Below are positions 1-10,789 of a stretch of 58,578 bases of DNA, piece after piece. The position numbers were made by a program, and so were the translations under genes. Each line of letters starts with the position of its first letter. Position 1 is the stretch's first letter. The notes under the pieces are model-generated. The model did not search any database. It worked only from the letters and a program-made list of their open reading frames with translations, and was not told the origin of the DNA. Location of the stretch: assembly GCA_001275005.1 (NCBI GenBank), contig JWZX01003310.1, positions 1 to 58,578 on the forward strand, read 5' to 3'. This DNA comes from Chrysochromulina tobinii (Eukaryota).

Positions 1-542
1 GGGTCGCGCGTCGGTGGCGCGATTTGCTGCGTAGCAGCGCCAGCAGAGGCGCTGTCACATGGAAGCCTCTTCGGCCGGTGGAGAAATTGGGACGCGGTTC
101 GAAGGAGCTGAAGCGCCCGCTTTTGTGCTCCCAAACGACAGACTGGCCGACGGACGGACAGACACACAGACGCACTAGTCGGAAATCGGGCTCCACCGCA
201 AATTCCTATCGTTTCGCGCACGCGCTAATTTCACGCTGGCGGTTAATCTCTGAGGCTTCCCTCCCGGTATTCAGACGAAACCGGGGTGGGGGAAGAACAC
301 AGTGAAGATTTATTGGGCTTACTTGTTAACAGTGAAACGAGACACAGAGAAGAACTGCAACCAAATCTCTTGGAAACTCAGGAGCTTAAGCGGTGAGAGT
401 TAGAGCAACCGGTGCTCCGCGAGCCCACCCTCAAGGAGTGGGGCGCGGCCGGCGCTCCGTCGATTCCGAGATCCACATCACATCTTTTTTGCTCGCGAAA
501 ACGCGAAATTCATGCCCAAAACGACGCGTTTGGCCACCCTAT

Positions 543-899
543 AACCTGACCAACCTGGACTTGTTCCACAACTCCATCGGTGCGGAGGGTGCCATCGCGA
601 TTGCGGAGGCGCTGAAGGTCAACGCGGTGGTGACCACCCTGCGCTTGAACGACAACAACATCGGTCCGGAGGGAGCCATCGCGATCGCGGAGGCGCTGAA
701 GGTCAACGCGGTCCTGACCGAGCTCAACCTCCGGCTCAACAGCATCGGTCCAGAGGGAGCCATCGCGATCGCGGAGGCGCTGAAGGTCAACGCGGTCCTG
801 ACCAAACTGGACATCCGGATCAACAGAATGGGAGATGCAGGTAAAAAAGCGGTGCGAGATGCGGTGATGGACCGGAGTGGATTTGAGTTGAAGCTGTAG
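543..899 (+). pseudogene. 3' fragment of an NLRC3-like (ribonuclease-inhibitor-type) leucine-rich-repeat gene
   Basis: About four 28-aa LRRs (LTxLxLxxNSIGPEGAIAIAEALKVNAV) end in TAG at 897-899. There is no credible start, and the repeats begin abruptly after ...GCCACCCTATA. It could instead be the last exon of a gene starting outside the window. Confidence 0.7.
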
Positions 900-1821
900 A
901 AAATGATTGTGCGAGCACTGTGAACATGTGTGGATCGCTGTTTTGGGGTTTGTGAAGATATTTCCTAATTTGGCAGCTGCCTTAAAAGGCGTTTTCAATA
1001 GGGTGCTGAAAAATTTACGCAAAGCGGTCGCCTCCAGCACGGAGTTCTACAGGAAAATGTCGAGGAAAAAATGCTTGCCATTTCGCATTCCATCGCGAGC
1101 TTCCAGACATCCGCTCACGCATCAGGTCGTCCGTGCTCTAAGGAGCTCATGAAAATGAGCTCAACGACGACACCGGGGGACGCCCTCCGAGCCGCTGTCC
1201 AGCCGGGATTCGCGATCGACCTGTGACTCCTTGCGCCCGAAGCCCCGGCACGACCGCCGCTCACGGGTGCCGGCTCATCGCCTGCGTGTGCAGACCAGCC
1301 CGACGCCCAACCGGTCAAACTGTCCAAGACGGCGCGCAAGCGAGTATTGCAGCGCTAAAGCGGGCCGCTCACGCGCGTTCCCAAACAGGTGCGTGCTACG
1401 CTCGGTCACGCACGCCAACGCGTGCTACAAGGACGCCTTTTTAAGTGCCTTCCCCAAGCCGGTTCTTCGCTGCGTGCCCCCCCCGCACGGCGGCGCATGC
1501 CCGCACAACTTCCGCGTCGACCTGACATGCGCGAGAGCGTAATATGCGACGCTCGGCGAGCTGCACCTTGACCACGAGATTTTAGAGAGAGAGATTGAGA
1601 GTGGTTCACGCTGCGGGTCTGGTCACGGGTCATGCCTGGTCATCTGTAGTGGGGGGATTCGGGATAAATGTCTATGTGGCTCGGCCGGGTCCGGTCGATC
1701 GTAGCGCGCGACCGGGCCCGGACCGCAGGGGGGGTGCCCGGAGCCGCCCGGACCGGACGGAAGGACCGCCTAAGCCGGCGTCGCGAACGGAACCGTCCGC
1801 AAGTGGTTGGAGCGCGCAGCG

Positions 1822-1851
1822 TTTGAGCTAAAAACTGATATTTAGCTCAAA
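1822..1851. repeat. Perfect 11-bp inverted repeat (hairpin)
   Basis: TTTGAGCTAAA-aactgata-TTTAGCTCAAA. Confidence 0.85.
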
Positions 1852-1900
1852 GCATCTCAGACGTCAATACACTCCGCAATTTGCGATTTGCGATTTGCGA

Positions 1901-4180
1901 TCAGCAAGACACTCCGCAAACGGCCTCGCCTCGGCCCCAGCTGGAGGTGAATACCCGACCGAGGGCGTCGCAGAGCGCGGCGGCGACGAGCACGGCGGTC
2001 CCCACATCCCACTCGACACTGAGCTCGAGCCGCTCGACGCGCGCAAAGGTGCGCAGCGTCGCCCCGAGCTCGCCGGACATGAGCCGCGGCGCGAGGGTGC
2101 TCACCACGAGCGACTCGAGCAGGAGCGCCGTCACGAGCACGTCGGCCAGCCGCCAGGTGCCCGACCGATTCGCCGGATCGTGCGGCAGGCCAGCCGCCGC
2201 GACGGCGCGCCACGCTGGAGGCCCCGCGAGCAGCAGCAGCAGAGGCGGCGCCACGAGCGCGGCAGGCGGCGTCACGAGTCCGCACAGCTCGCCCACATGG
2301 CTCAGCCCGCCGTGCAGCACGAGGGGCGTCTCGGGGTCAAAGGCGGTGCCGGTGGCGCCCACGATCACGTCGATGAGCGACAGCTTGCGCGTGCGCACGA
2401 GCGGCGCCGTATCGGGCGCCATCGTCGCCGTAAGGGTAGCGGGCGCTGCGACGGGCGCTGTGGCGGGCGCTGTGGTGGGCGCTGTGGCGGGCGCTGCGTT
2501 GATCGCCGCGTGGCTCGAAAAGGCAACGGTCGCGGCGGCGGCAGCGGCGGCATCGGTGGCGGCGCCCACCCGAAGGTTCACGCTCTCCCGCAGTGTGACG
2601 ACCGGGATTATGAGAGCACTCAGGAGGAGCAACGTCGTCAGTCCATGGAGGCTGACCGCCGCCCAGCGCCGCCGGCGCGCCGTGCCACCGAACGCACGCG
2701 CCACCGCGGTTCCAAACGCCCCCGCGATGTGATCGTGCGTGTCAGGAGAGAGAGGCGTGGCGATGCTTGTGCTGTGGCTCGGCTGCTGCTGCTGCTGCTG
2801 CGGCTGCTGCGGCTGCTGCGGCTGCTGCGGCTGCTGCGGCTGCTGCTGGGTGCTGTTGGCGTGCGCAGCGGCAGCGGCGCCGGCTTGCTTGGCATTCTCC
2901 CCGGCGACGCGTCCGGCCGTCTCCGCGCGTGAGGCGGGCGGCGGCAGCGACGCGATCGCGGCTTGGTTGGCGGCGAGCAAGGTGAGGATGGCGGTGGACG
3001 TGTACAGGGCCACCGCACAGCCGAGCCGCAGCTCAATGCGCAGCGCGGTGCCGCCGCCGCTGTCTCGGCCCGCTTCTCGGCCAAAGGGTACCGTTGGTAG
3101 AGTGAGGCTCGTCTGTACACTCGCGGAGAGCAGCAGCAGCAGGCAAACTGGGAGGAGCGACCAGATGCCGATCGCCTCGATGAGAGCGAGCAGCCACCCT
3201 CGGATGGCGACCCAGCGTCGTGGCTCGAGCTCGGGCGGTGACCAAGGCAGCACGAGCAGCAGCAGCAGCAGCGAGGCGAGGGGTATGGCGGCACAAAAGG
3301 CGAGCGCGCACGCGGCGATCCGCGCCGTCGTGGGCAGCGTCCACAGGTCCTCGAGCGCCGGCGTGGGCAGCGGCAGCGCGAGCACGCCGCCGTCGGACTG
3401 TGCCGTGAGCGCTCGGTAACTGTGATAGCTGTGGTAGCTGCCCCCCGAGAGCTGTGGGGAGAGCAGCTGCGAGGCGGCACTCGCGAGGGCAGTGAAGAGA
3501 TCTGTGGGGAAAGCAGCGGCAAGGCCGGCGCTCACCCCGGCGCTCACCGGTGGCGCGTCGTCGGCGCGCGCGGGCGTGGCCCAGACGAGTAGCAGGGCCA
3601 CATCCTCCGTCGCGGGCGACTCGGCCGACGACGCGTCCAGGTCGAGCCACCCAAGCCGTGCCGCCAGCAGCGCGTGCAGCGCGATAGCACCCACGGTGAG
3701 CAGCCAGGTGGCGATGACTCTCCACCACGCGCTCGAGAGCGATGCGCGCTGCTGCTGCGCCATCTGCGCCACCTCGGCGCGAATCGACTCGCGAGGCGGC
3801 CGGCGCCGCGGCGAGTTCGCCGCGGACGACCGCTCCGACGTCGTGAACGACCGATCCGTGGTGAACGACCGGTCCGACGATGTCGGCGAGGGCGGCGCCG
3901 GCAAGCCGATGGCGAGCGCTGCTGCGGCATAGTTGATGCGTTGAAGCAGCGGCTCCGCCGCCGCTGCTAACCCGCTGCTGCCTTCCTCGAGCGACCGCTG
4001 CTGCTTTGAGTATTTCTCGAGCAGCAGGCTCCAGCGCTCACGGTCCTTCATCCGCCGGATCTGGCGCTGGCGCCACGCGCAAGCCAGCGAGGCGACCGTA
4101 ACGATGGAGAGGACGCCGAGCGCGCCAAAGGCGAGCCAGGCGCCGAAGCGGGTCTCGTTGCCGTCCTGCATTCCCGCCAT
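1901..4180 (-). CDS. Multi-pass membrane protein, PqiA-like
   Basis: Long ORF from ATG at 4180 with many hydrophobic helices. Two motifs (IEAIGIWSLLPV, WRLADVLVTALL) resemble the PqiA W-S-x-x-D-V signature. Contains a QQP repeat. Confidence 0.6.
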   Translation of the reverse strand: MAGMQDGNETRFGAWLAFGALGVLSIVTVASLACAWRQRQIRRMKDRERWSLLLEKYSKQQRSLEEGSSGLAAAAEPLLQRINYAAAALAIGLPAPPSPTSSDRSFTTDRSFTTSERSSAANSPRRRPPRESIRAEVAQMAQQQRASLSSAWWRVIATWLLTVGAIALHALLAARLGWLDLDASSAESPATEDVALLLVWATPARADDAPPVSAGVSAGLAAAFPTDLFTALASAASQLLSPQLSGGSYHSYHSYRALTAQSDGGVLALPLPTPALEDLWTLPTTARIAACALAFCAAIPLASLLLLLLVLPWSPPELEPRRWVAIRGWLLALIEAIGIWSLLPVCLLLLLSASVQTSLTLPTVPFGREAGRDSGGGTALRIELRLGCAVALYTSTAILTLLAANQAAIASLPPPASRAETAGRVAGENAKQAGAAAAAHANSTQQQPQQPQQPQQPQQPQQQQQQPSHSTSIATPLSPDTHDHIAGAFGTAVARAFGGTARRRRWAAVSLHGLTTLLLLSALIIPVVTLRESVNLRVGAATDAAAAAAATVAFSSHAAINAAPATAPTTAPATAPVAAPATLTATMAPDTAPLVRTRKLSLIDVIVGATGTAFDPETPLVLHGGLSHVGELCGLVTPPAALVAPPLLLLLAGPPAWRAVAAAGLPHDPANRSGTWRLADVLVTALLLESLVVSTLAPRLMSGELGATLRTFARVERLELSVEWDVGTAVLVAAALCDALGRVFTSSWGRGEAVCGVSC

Positions 4181-4334
4181 CCGCGCGCCCGAGCCGATCT
4201 CGGCGGCCAAGAATTCCGTGCGTCGCTCAGGGGCGCGTTGGCCTTTTCCTCGTTCCCGACATGTTTGGATCCTCAATCGTGTCTAAATCGGGCAACTTTA
4301 CTGAAATTCACAGCGCGAAATCAGGCCTCCATGT

Positions 4335-5657
4335 TCACGGCGCCGGCGTGCACGTGCACTTGCCGATGAAGCGCTGGGGCACAACAAAGGTGCAGGCCGG
4401 CGGAGGGGTGCCCTCGAGGACCGCCTTAACTGCGTGGTAGCCGAGGCAGGTGGCCTCGCCCGGCTGCGCTTGCGAGCTCGTCTCCACGTTGGTCGCCACC
4501 GCCAGCGCCGAGCCCGACGGGCCTAGGCCGTGGAAGAACGTGCTCTGGCTTTGGTAGCCGTACGTATCCCCCACGTGGCCGTATGCGGCGCCCGTGCCAT
4601 CAACGGCACCAATCGACCAGTCGAGGTCGAAGGTGCCCATGCCGTAAAAGTGGCCCGAGGAGGTACCGGGAGCGCTGAAGTTCCTCATTTGCTGCTGCGC
4701 CGCCGCGGACACGAGCTGTGAACCCGGTCTGTACAGCTCGTGGGTGAAGCGCGCCACGTCACCGACTGGACCGATAAAGTTGCCCGCGGTCCAGCCACCC
4801 ACGCACGAGACGTTCCACACGTCCTGGCTCGCGATCGGCGGCTGCACGCCCACATATGACTGGAGGAAGCCGTGCACCGGCGTGTACGCCGAGCAGCGGC
4901 CCGCATCCACAAACGTCGAGCCGACGAGCAGATCGCGCTTGAGGGACGCGGGTAGGACGGACGCTTTCTGATCGTAAGCTTGCCAACTGGCAGGGCCGCC
5001 CTCGGCCCAGGCCTGCGCTGCGAGGACCATCCCGAGCAGGATGTAGTTGGTCGAGCAGTAGTGCTGTGACGTGCCTGGCTTTGCATACGGCGAGAGGGGC
5101 GGCACGTATCCCCGCAGGATTTCAATCGGGGAGAAGTCGTGCGCAAAGTTGGCGAATTGGTCGACCGTGTACTTGGTCCCGTCGTAGTCGCCGATGCCAC
5201 TCGTCATGTGCAGCAGCTGGGCGATGGTCACCTTGCGAATTCCCTCGCCCAGAAGCGTTTCGAGCTTGGTGCCGTTGACGGCCTCCAGAAAGGCATCCAC
5301 GCGTGAAGTCACAGAGTCGGCGTACGCGAGCTTTCCAGCGTCGATGAGCTGAAGGATGGCTGCCGCCGTAAACATCTTGGTGATTGAGCCATACACGTAG
5401 ACATCTTCGGGCAGCGCAGCGCGCGTCGGTTTTCCTAGCCTCAGCCCTGCATCTGTGAAGCCGGCTGCGACGCTCACGTTGGCACTCGGAAGCCCGGACG
5501 CGCCCGGCAAAAAGTACGAAATCGCGATGGAGCAGTTGAACTTGGCGGCAACGTGGTCGGCGACCTGCTGCAATGCGGCGGCAATGCGTGCCTCCGGCGC
5601 TTGCGCTGTCGTGCCTGCAAGCAGGCTGGAAAGGAGGACGAGCGACGGACCCCGCAT
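4335..5657 (-). CDS. Secreted serine hydrolase, beta-lactamase (class C / PBP-like) family
   Basis: Signal peptide MRGPSLVLLSSLLAGTTA, SxxK motif (GSITK), LLHMTSGI, YCSTNY and GHVG. Intronless. Confidence 0.9.
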   Translation of the reverse strand: MRGPSLVLLSSLLAGTTAQAPEARIAAALQQVADHVAAKFNCSIAISYFLPGASGLPSANVSVAAGFTDAGLRLGKPTRAALPEDVYVYGSITKMFTAAAILQLIDAGKLAYADSVTSRVDAFLEAVNGTKLETLLGEGIRKVTIAQLLHMTSGIGDYDGTKYTVDQFANFAHDFSPIEILRGYVPPLSPYAKPGTSQHYCSTNYILLGMVLAAQAWAEGGPASWQAYDQKASVLPASLKRDLLVGSTFVDAGRCSAYTPVHGFLQSYVGVQPPIASQDVWNVSCVGGWTAGNFIGPVGDVARFTHELYRPGSQLVSAAAQQQMRNFSAPGTSSGHFYGMGTFDLDWSIGAVDGTGAAYGHVGDTYGYQSQSTFFHGLGPSGSALAVATNVETSSQAQPGEATCLGYHAVKAVLEGTPPPACTFVVPQRFIGKCTCTPAP

Positions 5658-5787
5658 TCCCGTCCGAGTTCGGCCCCTCCGGTCACAGTGATCCCTGTGA
5701 ACGTACTGTTGTCCACGGGCATCCCGTTTCCGATGGGCCATCTCTCCGTCTCTTCTAATCGGGTCTACACGTTCTGACCACATTCCT

Positions 5788-8778
5788 CTACGGCGGAACG
5801 TCTCTCTGCCCTGCGGCATCGCCCTCGTCCCCGATCCCCATCCCCTCCTCCTGGGCCTGCTCTAGATGGCTCGCCTCGACCTCGTCGTCGGTGCCGTCCG
5901 CCAGCGCATACAGCTTGCCCTGCGGCAGTGCGAGCCAGGCGAGCGTCATCTCCGGCGCCGTGGCGAGCACTTGCACCTCCGGCGCGCCGGCGGCGTCCGT
6001 GATGGCGCCCGCATCGCGGGCAGCGGCGGCGGCCGCCGCATTCGCCGTATCGTTCGCCGTCTCGAGCGCGAGAGACGCTCCGCGAGCATCGAGTTTCGCA
6101 CAGCGCGGGCGAGCGAGCAGCCCAGCTGCCCCGCCGCCGATGGCTGCGTAGAGGAGCAGCGGGAAGCTCAGCATGCAATGAGGGAGGCAATCAGCATGCA
6201 ATGAGGGTGGCAATCATGATCACCTGCGTAGAGGAGCAGCGGGACTTCCGGGTAGTCCACCTCGAAGCTCAGGTCGTGTGACGCACCTGTGGGGAAGGGC
6301 CCGGGCGCCGTGGTGAGCACTTGCATGCTGGGCGAGGAGGCGGGTAGTCCACTTCGAAGCTCAGGGCGTGTGACGCACCGATGGCGGCCTGGATGGTACC
6401 GGAGAGCATCCCGTCACCTGTGGGGAAGAGGAGATGGCGCCGTGGTGAGCACTTGCATGCTAGGAGGGCAGGAGGGCACGAGGGCTAGAGAGCATCCACT
6501 CACCGCCCTCGGCGTCGACTGCCACCCATGCCACGACGGCGCTCCGAGCTGCCGGAGCACCGAGCATGCTTGTGCTCGCCACGGCGCTCCGAGCTGCCGG
6601 CACTCCGAGGTGCCGCCGGACGCGCCGGCCGCGCACGCGCGCCTGCAGCTTCACTGCCGCGTCGGTCTGCTCCTGCTCCGCCTCCGCTGGCGCCGGGTCG
6701 ATGGATCCGCCGCTGTGAACGCCGCTGTGAACGCCGCTGCTGTGAACGCCGCTGCTCGATGGATCTGCCGCGGCCGCGCTCGAGTGCGTCGCGCCGGCGC
6801 CAGCTCGCCCACCCTTTGGTCCAGCGCCATCGGGCAGCAGAGAGAGCGAGAATCCGCCCGCGCTCGCCTGATGAGGGACGCAATCAGACGCCATCAGACG
6901 CCATCAGACGCCATCAGACGCAATCAAGGGCGCAATCAGACGCAATCAAGGGCTCTCGAGAATCCGGCCGCGCTCACCTCGGTGCACGTGGCGCGCAGCC
7001 CCGTGTCGCCACCCTGGAGTGTGAACAGCAGGCACGGGGTGCGCTCGAAGGCATCGGCTCCCTCCTCGTCCGTCTCGACGTACCTGTGGGGAAGAGAAGG
7101 CGCCGTGGTGAGCACTTGCATGCTGGGGAGGGCAGGAGGGAAGGCATCGGCTCCCTCCTCGTCCGTCTCGACGTACCTGTGGGGAAGAGAAGGCGCCGTG
7201 GTGAGCACTTGCATGCTGGGGAGGGCAGGAGGGAAGGCATCGGCTCCCTCCTCGTCCGTCTCGACGTACATGTCGAAGCGGGCCGCATGCGTATCGCCCT
7301 CGGCCAGAGCGGTCTCCCCGGCGATCAAGCGCGCGCCTGTGGGGAAGGGCCCGGGCGCCGTGGTGAGCACTTGCATGCTGGGCGTGGAGGCGGGGCGAGC
7401 GGTCTCCCCGGCGCCCAGGCACGCACCTGAGGAGGGAGATCATCAGAGGCAATCAGAGAGGTCATCCGGTCTCCCCGGCGCCCCGGCACGTACCGCCATC
7501 GAGCGTGTGCGCGCCGGCCTCCAGCACGAGGTATGCGATCGTCACGTCCATCCCCGCGGGAGGGACCAGCTGCAGCGTGAACGAGGTGCTGTTCTTAAAG
7601 GGCACGCACACGACGCTCGACACGGCGCCGCTGGCCCATCGAGCCTTCTCGACGCCCGACACGGCGCCCGAGCCCACCGAGCTGAAGCCAAGGGCCGCCG
7701 CGCCTCCGCGCGGCGCCGTGGGCGAGTGGGGCGAGGGCGAGGCGGAGCCGGGGCGCGTGGGCACGACGCATGCGAACACGACGGGCTCCCGGTACTGTAA
7801 CTGCAGGCTCACCTGATGAGTGAGGCAATCAGCATGCACTCAGAGGCAATCACGCAGGCTCACCTGCTTCATGCCGCGCGTCTGATGAGTGAGGCAATCA
7901 GCATGCACTCAGAGGCAAGCACGCAGGCTCACCTGCTTCATGCCGCGCCCAGGTACGTTGACGGTGCCGGCCTCGCCCACTCCCGCCATCGCCGACTCCT
8001 CGGCGCTCACGCTCGCCATGCCGGCGAGCGCCTCGAGACCGACGGCCGCCACGTTCCCGTCCTCGTCCAGCAGCGCCAGCTCATCGTCTGGCGCCTCGTC
8101 CGCCTCGTCCTCGTCCGCCTCGTCCTCGTCCTCGTACCCGGCGCGAGAGGCGGCGGCGGCGAAGTCCGCACCGCCGCCGCCGCCGCCCGTGCCGCCGCCG
8201 CCCGGGAGCAGCATGCCGTGGGCCCCAAAGAGCGCGCCCGCGCCCGTGCCGCCCATGGTCGGATCCGGCACGACCATGCTGCCCGCATCCACCGCGCCGC
8301 CGCCGCCGTCGTGCGTGAGGCCGAGGATGCCGGCGAGCCCTCCGCTGGCCGCTGCACGCGGCAGCGGCAGCGCGGCGGTCTTGGCCATGAGCTCCTCGAG
8401 CGCCGCCGACATTCGCTGGTTTTGCTCCTCCTGATGCCGCAGCGCGTTCGTGAGGATCATAGTCCGGTGCTCGAGCTGCGCGACACGCATGTCCAGCTGC
8501 TTGCAACGCTCCTCGCAGCGCTCGCAGTTTCGGCCTGGGTGACTTGCAGGTGGCGCGAGCCGTGCGGCCGCCGAGCTCTCGTACAGGGCCGCCACGCTCC
8601 GAATGTGCGGCGGCGCCGACAGGTTGCCGTACTTGTTGAGCAGCTGCACCTTTGCCTCGGGCGACAGGTACGAGCTGGTGCCCTCCTGGAGCGCGGGCAG
8701 CTGATGCGGCCGGCGGTACGAGGAGGTGCCGTCCTGGAAGCCGGGCGGCTGATGCGGACGCCGCTGCGATGGGTCCAT
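5788..8778 (-). CDS. Hypothetical coiled-coil / IQ-motif protein (about 719 aa, 8 exons)
   Basis: Exons 8778-7933, 7812-7494, 7336-7270, 7083-6978, 6867-6504, 6417-6379, 6286-6224 and 6143-5788 sum to 2160 nt in one continuous frame. IQ-like motif AAVKLQARVRGRRVRR. Confidence 0.8.
6144..6223 (-). mobile_element. Family-2 duplication intron (80 bp); AG supplied by the duplicated upstream exon
   Basis: GTGATCATG...TGATTGCCTCCCTCA... followed by a 21-bp exact copy (6144-6164 = 6224-6244) ending TACGCAG. Confidence 0.85.
6287..6378 (-). mobile_element. Family-1 duplication intron (92 bp)
   Basis: The first 38 bp (6341-6378) copy the downstream exon 6249-6286 with 2 mismatches, followed by GCATGCAAGTGCTCACCACGGCGCCCGGGCCCTTCCCCACAG. 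Confidence 0.9.
6418..6503 (-). mobile_element. Family-1 duplication intron (86 bp)
   Basis: Starts GTGAGTGGATGCTCTC versus exon GTGACGGGATGCTCTC; ends with the family-1 cassette CCCCACAG. Confidence 0.88.
6868..6977 (-). mobile_element. Family-2 duplication intron (110 bp)
   Basis: Starts GTGAGCGCGGCCGGATTCTCG versus exon GCGAGCGCGGGCGGATTCTCG; 10-mer TGAT(T/G)GCGTC repeats; ends CCCTCATCAG. Confidence 0.88.
7084..7269 (-). mobile_element. Two abutting identical 93-bp family-1 intron units
   Basis: Units 7177-7269 and 7084-7176, each a 37-bp exon copy plus cassette, joined at CAG|GT. Confidence 0.8.
7337..7493 (-). mobile_element. Compound intron: family-2 unit (7427-7493) stacked on a family-1 unit (7337-7426)
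   Basis: Three copies of ...CGCCGGGGAGACCG and an internal CAG|GT. Removing all 157 bp restores LDGG|ARLIAGE. Confidence 0.85.
7813..7932 (-). mobile_element. Compound family-2 intron (units 7864-7932 and 7813-7863)
   Basis: GTGAGCCTGC is duplicated, there is an internal copy of the upstream exon end GCGCGGCATGAAGCAG, and it ends CTCATCAG. Confidence 0.85.
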
Positions 8779-9001
8779 GAAACACTGGCGGTGTTGTGCT
8801 GCAGCCGCTACGGGGCGGCCACGGCTGTAGCGAGTTGTGGCATGCAGAGCGGTTGACGCTGGCCGTTTGCGCTATGCGCGTGTTAGGTGCTTCTACAATT
8901 AGAAACCCTGTCTCTGCGACGAACCGCGGGCAGTTCGAAGTTGCATGTGTTTCGTCAGGCTCTGTTTTCTACATCAATGTGTCATCACATCTCGTGTAAA
9001 G

Positions 9002-10312
9002 ATGAGCTCCCTGCGCTTCTTCGGCGCGACACATCCTCCGGGCAGCCCACCGCCGCCGGCGGACGACGATGAGGAGCTCGTGCCGCTCGCCGGCGGTGCC
9101 GCGGGCGCGGGCGGTGGTCCCAACGAAAACACCTCACGCATGCGCCGCTTCTCCATGGCACTCCAGCGAGGCGACGGGATGCGCGCCTTTGGCACGCTGC
9201 GCGAGCACGTGCGCGGGGCCGTCGCGGGCGACGCGCAGGCCCTGGCGGCTTCCCAGGAGGAGCTGGCCACGGCCGTGGCCGCCACCGCCTCGACGGGCGC
9301 CGCGGGAAACACGGCCGGCGCCGGCGCCGGCACCGCCAACGACCTGCCAACAGGCGACATCGCGGAGGTCGCGCGCTGGATGGAGGACGCGGCGCCCTCG
9401 CTGATGCTCCTCTTCGCCGTCTTCCTCTACCGGCACCTGCTCGGCATCATCACCTTCGGCTGGCTCACATCTGTGCTGCACGGCGCAAACGAACGCATGC
9501 GACGGCAGACGATGGGCAAAGAGCATCGGTCGCGTGCGGGTCTGCTCATGCTCTCGGGGCTGCTCTTCGCGCTGCTCTGCTTCGTGAGCGTCGTGCAGGC
9601 CTGGGACCGCGTCGCGCACCAGCCGAGCGCGCGCCTGCTCCACCAGCTTCAGCTGCGCCGCGTCGCCGACTTTGAAGCTGAGCCTCCGCCGATCGCCCAC
9701 CTGCTGTGGGATGTGGTGGTGGCGGATCTGGTGGCGCGCGCGGCGCTGCTGCTCGCCAAGGCGCAGCTCGCTCTCGTCTGCTTCTACGTGCTCCCGCACG
9801 GCGGCTCCGCGGGCGCCGGGCGCAGGCTGCGTCGCGTCTTCGCCTTCGTCGAGGCAGCGGGGCTTTGCTACCGTGTGCTGCTTCCCGCGCCTCTGTGGTT
9901 TCACTTCTTCTTCCACGCGGCCGAGAGCTACCCGACGGACGCATCGGTGTGGGCGTTCGGCGTGAGCCACTTCTACCTCGCCATCAAGCTCCTCTCGTTT
10001 TGCGAGCGGCTCAAGAAGGCAGTCGCCTCGGCGCAGGCCGCTGTGAGCCTCCGACTGCCCGTCGGGACGTACGCGACGCCCGAGGACATCATGGAGCTCG
10101 GCGACTCCGACGGGTGCACCATCTGCCAGGAGGAGCACTTCACAGTGCCCGTGCGCCTCGAGTGCTCGCACGTTTTCTGTGAAGATTGCATCACCTCATG
10201 GTGTGAACGCACGAGCAACCCAACGTGCCCGCTCTGCCGCGCGCCGGTGCCCGCTGCGCTCGCGCTCGCCCACTCGGACGGAAGCACGCCGCTGCTGCCC
10301 CAAGTCTTCTGA
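9002..10312 (+). CDS. RING finger and transmembrane domain protein (RNFT1/2-like E3 ligase)
   Basis: Several TM helices, then GTYATPED and a C3HC4 RING (CTICQE...LECSHVFCEDCITSW...TCPLCR), ending SDGST...PQVF as in RNFT proteins. Confidence 0.9.
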   Translation: MSSLRFFGATHPPGSPPPPADDDEELVPLAGGAAGAGGGPNENTSRMRRFSMALQRGDGMRAFGTLREHVRGAVAGDAQALAASQEELATAVAATASTGAAGNTAGAGAGTANDLPTGDIAEVARWMEDAAPSLMLLFAVFLYRHLLGIITFGWLTSVLHGANERMRRQTMGKEHRSRAGLLMLSGLLFALLCFVSVVQAWDRVAHQPSARLLHQLQLRRVADFEAEPPPIAHLLWDVVVADLVARAALLLAKAQLALVCFYVLPHGGSAGAGRRLRRVFAFVEAAGLCYRVLLPAPLWFHFFFHAAESYPTDASVWAFGVSHFYLAIKLLSFCERLKKAVASAQAAVSLRLPVGTYATPEDIMELGDSDGCTICQEEHFTVPVRLECSHVFCEDCITSWCERTSNPTCPLCRAPVPAALALAHSDGSTPLLPQVF

Positions 10313-10789
10313 GTGGACTCCCTCGGCCAGACGGATCAGAAGTACAGTTACTAGCGCGAGTGTAGACGGGGTTTAAACAGGCTCTCAGACACTGTGCTCG
10401 ACGACACCATTTAATCTAGCGGCGACGACGCGGGCGCCGCGCGCGACGGCGCCTTCTACCGCCGACAGCGACATGCGCCGCCATCGCCGCATGCATCGCC
10501 GGCACATCATCGTACGCTCACCGGACCGTGGCCGGAGCGCAGGCCGGCGCGCGCCACGACAGGGCCAGTAGAGCCCTGGCTAGAACCAAGAGCGCGCATC
10601 GCGCGGCCGCGCGTGTCGCGCCCGGCCCCGGGAATTCCCATCCCACGGACACGCGCCGGCTAAAGAGCAGCCTGTTCAACCTCATATTGCACCTTGACTC
10701 CACTAGCGACTATCTTCGACTCAAGCCACGAGTGCGGCAAGGGTGGCATCTGAAATGCCGGTACTCTCAGCGCGGTGAATGCAAATCGC

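Noticed and set aside
1869..1920. ACACTCCGCAA direct repeat around (TTTGCGA)n at the end of the PqiA-like gene as another intron
   Set aside because: Only about 40 nt, no family cassette and no frame constraint to test it; unsupported without RNA data.
6284..7400. Repeated about 45-bp motif with unique sequence between copies, superficially CRISPR-like
   Set aside because: Irregular spacing, eukaryotic context and no cas genes. The intervening sequences are exons and the repeats are intron 3' ends.
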